Below are positions 18,951 through 24,000 of a stretch of DNA of 24,000 nucleotides, one piece after another. Where the stretch lies: positions 2,274 to 26,273 of the forward strand of contig JAAUOU010000049.1 of assembly GCA_012034765.1 (NCBI GenBank), given 5' to 3'. Both the position numbers and the translations under genes were made by a program. Each line of letters begins with the position of its first letter. Position 1 is the first letter of the stretch. This stretch comes from Hyellaceae cyanobacterium CSU_1_1 (lineage in GTDB: Bacteria; Cyanobacteriota; Cyanobacteriia; Cyanobacteriales; Xenococcaceae). The notes under the pieces were generated by a model that did not search any database, was not told the origin of the DNA, and worked only from the letters and a program-made list of their open reading frames with translations.

Positions 18951-19427
18951 ATGAGTATTATTACTAGTTCTATTAAGAGTGCAGATCGTGAAGCACGCTA
19001 TCTAAGTCTAGGAGAGTTAAAAGCGATCGCCAATTTCTATCAAGGTGGACAAGATCGACTACGCTTGGCGCAAATTTTAGTTGCAAATGAAACTGAGATC
19101 GTCAATAAAGGCAGTCAGAGATTTTGGCAGCGATATCCTAATACTCCTAGCAATACTGGCAATCCTACCTTTAGGGCTTCTTGTATGCGAGATCAAGGTT
19201 GGTATTTGCGATTAATTACCTATGCGATCGTGTTAGGTGATACAGAACCAATTGAACAAACTGGCATTAAAGGAACAAAAGAAATGTATGAGTCTCTAGA
19301 AATTCCTCTTAAGAACCTGGCTGAATGTATGCGTTGTCTGAAAGAAGTAACCACAGAAATGTTCAGCCTCAAGGATGCTGCTGCGATCGCACCTTATTTT
19401 GACTATATCATTCAAGGATTTCTGTAG
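18951..19427 (+). CDS. Far-red allophycocyanin alpha-type subunit, ApcD-like paralog (position suggests apcD2-class)
   Basis: 158 aa with IKSADREARYLSLGE...TPSNTGNPTFRASCMRDQGWYLRLITY...PYFDYIIQGFL. Confidence 0.85.
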   Translation: MSIITSSIKSADREARYLSLGELKAIANFYQGGQDRLRLAQILVANETEIVNKGSQRFWQRYPNTPSNTGNPTFRASCMRDQGWYLRLITYAIVLGDTEPIEQTGIKGTKEMYESLEIPLKNLAECMRCLKEVTTEMFSLKDAAAIAPYFDYIIQGFL

Positions 19428-19447
19428 GGGCGAACAACAGTTCGCCC
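19424..19447. repeat. GTAGGGGCGAAC-aaca-GTTCGCCC hairpin element containing the stop codon of the preceding apc gene
   Basis: The TAG at 19425..19427 lies inside GTAGGGG. The stem is a perfect 8 bp. Confidence 0.8.
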
Positions 19448-19485
19448 TCAAAGACATAAAAAATTAACAATAAAAAGTTAAACAT

Positions 19486-21772
19486 ATGAACGTTAATACA
19501 GGTGGCGGTAGTCCCATTGTTAACCCGCAACTATATCAAACAACACCTCTTGCCGTAATTTCTCAAGCCGAACAGCAGGATCGTTTGCCAAAACAAAGTG
19601 AACTCAATCGACTTGCCAGTTATTTTAGCTCTGGTACAAAGTTATTAGAAATTGTCGATACCCTGAATCAGAATGCCGATGCAATCGTGGCTGCTGGGGG
19701 CGATCGCATTTTCTCTGGCGGTAATTCGATGGACTATCTAGAAAAGCCTAAAGAATTAGTCGATTTGCCTGGTTATGTAAAACCTATCACTGTTGCTAGT
19801 GCTGCGGTTGCCAAAGCAAATGCTACTCAGAATCAGAATAAATTTAAGACTTTTCCCGAGTCTCGATCTTTAATTAAAGGTCGTACCTTCAACTTTGTCG
19901 AATTGTTAATGGAAATAGTTTATCGACTCCAAGCAACAGGCAAAGAACCACTGCCAGGAGGATTCAGACCGATCAATATCTCTCGTTATGGCGAAAGAAG
20001 AATGAAGCGGTCAATGCGAGACTTAGGTTGGTTTCTACGCTATATTACCTATGCGATCGTGGCTGATGATCCGAGTATTTTGGTAGTAAATGCCAGAGGA
20101 CTACGGGGTGTCATTCCTGAAGATGTCACCGTAGCTACTATAGTCGCTCTCAAAGAAATGTGCTGGAAGTCTTTGAGCTATTTTCCCGATCATGAAGAGG
20201 CAAAAGATACTATCAAATATTACTTTTATGTCTTAATTAAAGAATACGAAGTTGAAAAGCCTGCTGCCAAATTGCGAGTAGGTGTATCCAATGACCAACA
20301 GGGACTAGAGTTACCCCAAAGTTATTCCTTAGCAGCAGAATCACGACCAAAGTTTGTGATGAAACACAACGCCTCGGCGATAGAAAAGCAAGCAGTAGTT
20401 AAAGCAGCTTATCGACAAGTATTTAAATGCGACATCGATCGCACCTACGGCATTACTTTTAAACAATTGGAGTCTCAGGTTACGGGTAGCAATACCTCGG
20501 TGAAAGAGTTTATTCGCAGCTTGGGTAAAACTCGTCTCTATCGTCGCTTGTTTTACGAACCATACACCATTTCTAGAGTGATCGAACTGGCATTTCGGCA
20601 CTTTTTTGGGACGGGGTTTGAGTTCGATAGAAGAGTTTCAAGATTACTTTGAAATCATGGCTCGTGGTGGTTTACCAGCTTTGATTGACGCTTTAGTGGA
20701 CTCTGCCGAATACGCTGATTATTTTGGTGAAGAAACTGTTCCCTATCTGCGAGGTTTGGGTCAAGAAGCTCAAGAATGCCGTAATTGGGGAGCGCAGCTA
20801 AATCTATTCAAATATAGTGCTGCGGTGCGAAAAGTACCTCAATTTGTCACGATGTTTGGCAACTATCAACAACCTCTATCCAACCAGCATCCCTACGGTG
20901 TGGGCAATGATCCTTTAGAAACTCAATTTGGTGCAGTTTTCCCAAGTGAAACCAACAATCCTTATGCTCAACCAGCATCCTTTAATAAAGATCATCACCG
21001 TCTGCTGCTACATTCTAGTTCAAGAATTCAAAATGTAACTAATAATTACTCTTCAAAAGAGATTTTAAAACAAAGCCAAAATGATAACAAACATCGGCAG
21101 CGAAATATTAATCTCTCAAATCATTCTGTTGAAGCCATCATTACAGGAGTATATCGGCAGGTTTTGGGACGTGAGCCTTTTTCTGGTCAACATTTAACCG
21201 TAGCTGAAACCAAACTAAGAAATAGTGAAATTAGCGTCCGTGAGTTTGTCCGACAGTTAGCTAAATCCTCCTGGTTTCGTAATTTGTATTGGGATAATCT
21301 TTATATTACTAAAGCGATCGAGTGTATTCATCGGCGTTTATTAGGTCGTCCTACCTACGGACGTGGGGAAATGAATCGATATTACGATCTTTGCTCCAAA
21401 AAAGGCTTTTATGCTCTAGTTGATGAAATCTTAGACAGTGATGAATACTTAGAAGTGTTTGGCGAAGATATAGTCCCCTACGAACGTTATCTAACCCCCA
21501 GAGGTTGGGCAAGGCGATCGCTCTCTCAACCGATTAACTGGTCACAGGCTCAACTAGATCGTCAGCATACTGCGGGAGAAGTTATAGCCGAAAAAATTAG
21601 GGAAGATCGCGATCGTCTGACCAGATTAGCATCCCAAAGCAACGGTCATGTTCGCGATCGAGTAGCAGAACAAACATCCTTAAAAACAATTGAGGACAGT
21701 AAGGAGCCAGTTACTAACTCCAATTCAATTCCAGTTGAACTCGAACCAGAAAAGCTAAAAGCTGATAGCTAA
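19486..21772 (+). pseudogene. apcE2: Phycobilisome core-membrane linker ApcE, short far-red-type paralog with two REP (linker) domains. The frame is broken in a T6 run at 20602..20607 as sequenced, possibly by a sequencing artefact.
   Basis: The listed ORFs 19486..20652 and 20606..21772 overlap in different frames. The first ends ...[24 protein letters not shown]. The second begins (L)[49 protein letters not shown], the continuation of the same Pfam00427-type linker domain. The N-terminal phycobiliprotein-like domain contains MKRSMRDLGWFLRYITYAIVADDPS. Confidence 0.9.
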
Positions 21773-21787
21773 GAGCTGATAGCTTAA
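21753..21787. repeat. STRR-like heptamer tandem array (AGCTAAA AGCTGAT AGCTAAG AGCTGAT AGCTTAA) spanning the apcE2 stop
   Basis: Five exact 7-nt-phased AGCT units. The apcE2 TAA at 21770..21772 lies inside unit 3. The array is the reverse-complement family of the one at 14009. Confidence 0.7.
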
Positions 21788-21829
21788 AACTAATCAACAA
21801 ACAACATAGTATTTTAACTTTTCACCAAT

Positions 21830-22390
21830 ATGAGTATAGTCAAACAAATGATTATTAACGCCGATGAAGAACTCCGCTATCCAAGTCTTAGCGAAATTAA
21901 TCAGCTACAAAATTTCTGCCAAACAGGAACAAACAGAATTAGGATTGCGAGAATTTTAGCTGACAATGAAACCAGGCTCGTACAAAGAGGCTCTCGTAAA
22001 TTCTGGAAACGCCGACCTATAACTCCTAGTAATAGTGGGAATCTGAGAAAGACTAATTCCTGTCAGCGCGATCAGGGTTGGTATATTCGTTTAATTGCTT
22101 ACTGTGTGTTGGCTGGAAACAATCAGCCACTTGATGAAATAGGAATAGTTGGCATGAGAGAAATGTATCAATCTTTAGGAATCCCTCTAGGAAACTGGGT
22201 AGAAGCATTAATCTGCCTGAAGGAAGAGGCGATCGCTCTATTAAATAATGAAGATGCAGATGAGGTTATTCCCTATTTTGATCGTATTATTCAAGCTTTG
22301 ATTAATCCTGGTCCTCCTTATCGCATTATCGAGCTAGAAAGATCTGGAGGCAGTATGAGTTCACAAACAGCTTTTTCAAACAGCCTCTGA
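21830..22390 (+). CDS. Far-red allophycocyanin alpha-type subunit, ApcD-like paralog (position suggests apcD3-class), with a 28-aa C-terminal tail absent from its two paralogs
   Basis: 186 aa with INADEELRYPSLSE...TPSNSGNLRKTNSCQRDQGWYIRLIAY...PYFDRIIQAL followed by INPGPPYRIIELERSGGSMSSQTAFSNSL. Confidence 0.8.
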   Translation: MSIVKQMIINADEELRYPSLSEINQLQNFCQTGTNRIRIARILADNETRLVQRGSRKFWKRRPITPSNSGNLRKTNSCQRDQGWYIRLIAYCVLAGNNQPLDEIGIVGMREMYQSLGIPLGNWVEALICLKEEAIALLNNEDADEVIPYFDRIIQALINPGPPYRIIELERSGGSMSSQTAFSNSL

Positions 22391-22460
22391 GATTTCTTTA
22401 AGGAGAGAAGTAACACTTTGTAATTATTGTGAACATTCCTTAACGGGACTTAAACAAAAA

Positions 22461-22748
22461 TCAAGCCCAAACAAAGCCCAAGCTGGCTTTATAAGCTATG
22501 AATACATCACGATTTTGGTTGAGCCATTGGACAAAACGGTAAGATATAGCTGTACGAAATGCCTCTAATGCTTCAGGAAATGTATCTAAACGGTCAGCTT
22601 TTGTGTGTGAATACTCATACACAAAACGTGACCTAGGTTTGTTCGCCCAACGCCTTCTTAATCCCCCAGTAAGCTTATGCCATAGAATAAAAGTATACGC
22701 ACAAAAAACGAGAATAAAGGCGTTGAGCCGAGATACGTGTAAAATCAT
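22461..22748 (-). CDS. Hypothetical 95-aa ORF downstream of the recombinase. No recognisable family; it could be a gene remnant or cargo of the mobile element.
   Basis: Listed ORF only, with no motif I can assign. Same strand as the recombinase, 43 nt downstream of it. Confidence 0.2.
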   Translation of the reverse strand: MILHVSRLNAFILVFCAYTFILWHKLTGGLRRRWANKPRSRFVYEYSHTKADRLDTFPEALEAFRTAISYRFVQWLNQNRDVFIAYKASLGFVWA

Positions 22749-22791
22749 GCCACATCTGCCTGTAATCTATGCCTGACATACCTTTCAGCTT

Positions 22792-23715
22792 TTACTGCCA
22801 AGCAATCTGCTCCACATCTCTCTGAAGGTCTTCACTCGTTCCACGAACATAAACCATTGTCGTATCTAGAGAATCATGTCCCATAATTTGAGCCAAACGA
22901 TGCAAAGGAACAGTTTCCGCCATGCGATAACCGAAACGATGACGTAAATCGTGAGGACTAACATCTTCAACCCCAGCAATTCGGGCATATTTATCAACTA
23001 AATATCCCAAGGCACGAGTAGTTATCGTAGTTTTTGTTTTCCGAGAAACAAATAGCCAACTACCTGTTACCGTAGGGAGATATTCTGACAACACCTTTCT
23101 AGCTGTCGCATTGAGAGGAACTTCTCGATACTTGTTTCGTTTGCCATAAACCTGTAGATAGCCACCGCGTTTTCTTAAATGAATATGCTCGCTCTTTAGC
23201 TGACAAACCTCTGCTGCTCTCAAACCCGTATGAAGCATTAAGATTATAATTGCCCTATCTCTGAATAAACCATGACTTGTGACTGCTGAGACAAGTGCCG
23301 ATTCTTCCGCATCGTTGATTTGACGGGGTGAAGATTTCATCAAAGGAATTAATTTAACTACTGTCGCAGGATTGTTAGTAATCTTTTTCAAGTCAACAGC
23401 CCAAGAAAAATAAGATTTGAGAGTTACCAAATAACGATTGATAGAAGCAGGAGCTAATTTTAGTTGAGATTGAAGATAACTGCGATAACGAATTAAAGTA
23501 GGGGTAGTAATTTGCTCTAGTTGAAAACCAACCCTTATTGCTTCAGAAGATTTGATACTTTTGGTTTCATACCAAACTATAAAGGAGTGTAGATCGGATA
23601 AATAATTACGAATCGTTACAGGACTAATATCTCTTTGCCCACATAGATATGATTTGTAGTCGGCTAATTCCTGACGACTTGATAGCGATAAAGATGAGAT
23701 AGCACCAGGTTTCAT
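22792..23715 (-). CDS. Tyrosine site-specific recombinase (XerC/XerD / phage-integrase family, TnpI-like role suspected)
   Basis: 307 aa with an N-terminal SAM-like core-binding segment (ISPVTIRNYLSDLHSFIVWY) and the catalytic signature TGLRAAEV ... HDLRHRFG ... GHDSLDTTMVYVR (Arg, His-x-x-Arg, His, Tyr). Confidence 0.85.
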   Translation of the reverse strand: MKPGAISSLSLSSRQELADYKSYLCGQRDISPVTIRNYLSDLHSFIVWYETKSIKSSEAIRVGFQLEQITTPTLIRYRSYLQSQLKLAPASINRYLVTLKSYFSWAVDLKKITNNPATVVKLIPLMKSSPRQINDAEESALVSAVTSHGLFRDRAIIILMLHTGLRAAEVCQLKSEHIHLRKRGGYLQVYGKRNKYREVPLNATARKVLSEYLPTVTGSWLFVSRKTKTTITTRALGYLVDKYARIAGVEDVSPHDLRHRFGYRMAETVPLHRLAQIMGHDSLDTTMVYVRGTSEDLQRDVEQIAWQ

Positions 23716-23762
23716 AGCTATAAAATTGCCAATTAATTCATTAATGCTACTCAGAAATAACC

Positions 23763-23844
23763 TTAGCAGACATTAAAAATTGAGGTTAACGGTAGCATTA
23801 GCAGACATAAACGGTAAGATTATGGCAGTTTTATGTCTGCTAAT
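23763..23844. promoter_or_regulatory. Candidate recombination (res/IRS-like) site between the divergent recombinase and transposase genes
   Basis: A perfect 15-bp inverted repeat, ATTAGCAGACATAAA (23797..23811) and TTTATGTCTGCTAAT (23830..23844), with an 18-nt spacer. A third, direct copy of the 11-nt core TTAGCAGACAT lies at 23763..23773. Confidence 0.5.
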
Positions 23845-23891
23845 ATCAGTTATCAGACAAGACGAAAACCTAATAATAATGGAGGTGATGA

Positions 23892-24000
23892 GAAATCACA
23901 TCAATCGAGCGTACTGCTTACCCTCGCTTTAAGCCCAATCCCAGTAATAAAGAATTAATCGAACTTTACACTCCAACCGAAGCAGAAATTAAATTAGCTA
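23892..24000 (+). mobile_element. tnpA: N-terminal fragment of a Tn3-family transposase (DUF4158-type), continuing past the right window edge. The start codon is unresolved.
   Basis: The open frame reads EITSIERTAYPRFKPNPSNKELIELYTPTEAEIKLA, which resembles the ERxxYxRF...L...FT(L/P)T..E N-terminal motif of Tn3-family TnpA. The only nearby ATG (23888) is one base out of frame. Confidence 0.5.

Noticed and set aside
11737-20601. Other embedded ORFs: 11737..12099, 11822..12019, 12612..12896, 13314..13523, 15248..15436, 15323..15529, 17410..17604, 18114..18392 and 20341..20601
   Set aside because: Each lies inside or antisense to chlF, psbC2, psbD3, psbH2, apc genes or apcE2, and their compositions look like frame shadows. 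ORF 15323..15529 is antisense to the better-supported micro-ORF at 15420..15545.
17099-20612. Programmed ribosomal frameshifting as the explanation for the psbB2, apcE2 and rfpB breaks
   Set aside because: The required shifts differ in direction (-1, +1, -1). There is no canonical X XXY YYZ slippery heptamer or obvious downstream stimulatory structure, and these gene families are not known to be recoded. Indel error or mutation is more likely.
20606-21772. Treating the second 388-aa ORF as an independent linker gene starting at TTG 20606
   Set aside because: Its first residues complete a REP domain that begins in the preceding ORF. The split coincides with a T6 run, so one frameshifted apcE2 is the simpler reading.

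Overview
This 24-kb window is a cyanobacterial far-red-light photoacclimation (FaRLiP)-type gene island; the DNA is rich in HIP1 (GCGATCGC) sites and visibly AT-rich. On the minus strand lie psaA2 and the first 1330 nt of psaB2, which runs off the window edge and is therefore missing from the ORF track. A very AT-rich divergent intergenic region of about 860 bp separates them from a long plus-strand array. That array starts with rfpB-rfpA-rfpC (response regulator, knotless-phytochrome histidine kinase, CheY), joined by start/stop overlaps, plus an extra divergent single-domain receiver. Next come a D1 paralog with all Mn ligands (psbA3), the Mn-ligand-less super-rogue D1 chlF (chlorophyll f synthase), then psbC2, psbD3, psbB2 and psbH2, with three unlisted single-helix micro-ORFs interleaved. 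Five allophycocyanin-core genes follow: ApcD-like alpha, apcB2, alpha, a two-REP apcE2 with Ser at the bilin-Cys position, and a third alpha. The right end (22.4-24 kb) is a mobile-element module. It holds a tyrosine recombinase divergent from the N-terminus of a Tn3-family (DUF4158-type) transposase, with a res-like repeat set between them. As sequenced, rfpB, psbB2 and apcE2 are each broken by a single-base indel at a short mononucleotide run, and two more indels are suspected. A conserved 52-59-nt element occurs three times, in front of psaA2, psbA3 and chlF. A GTAGGGGCGAAC...GTTCGCCC hairpin family sits at the 3' ends of six genes, twice supplying the stop codon. No rRNA, tRNA or CRISPR array was seen.
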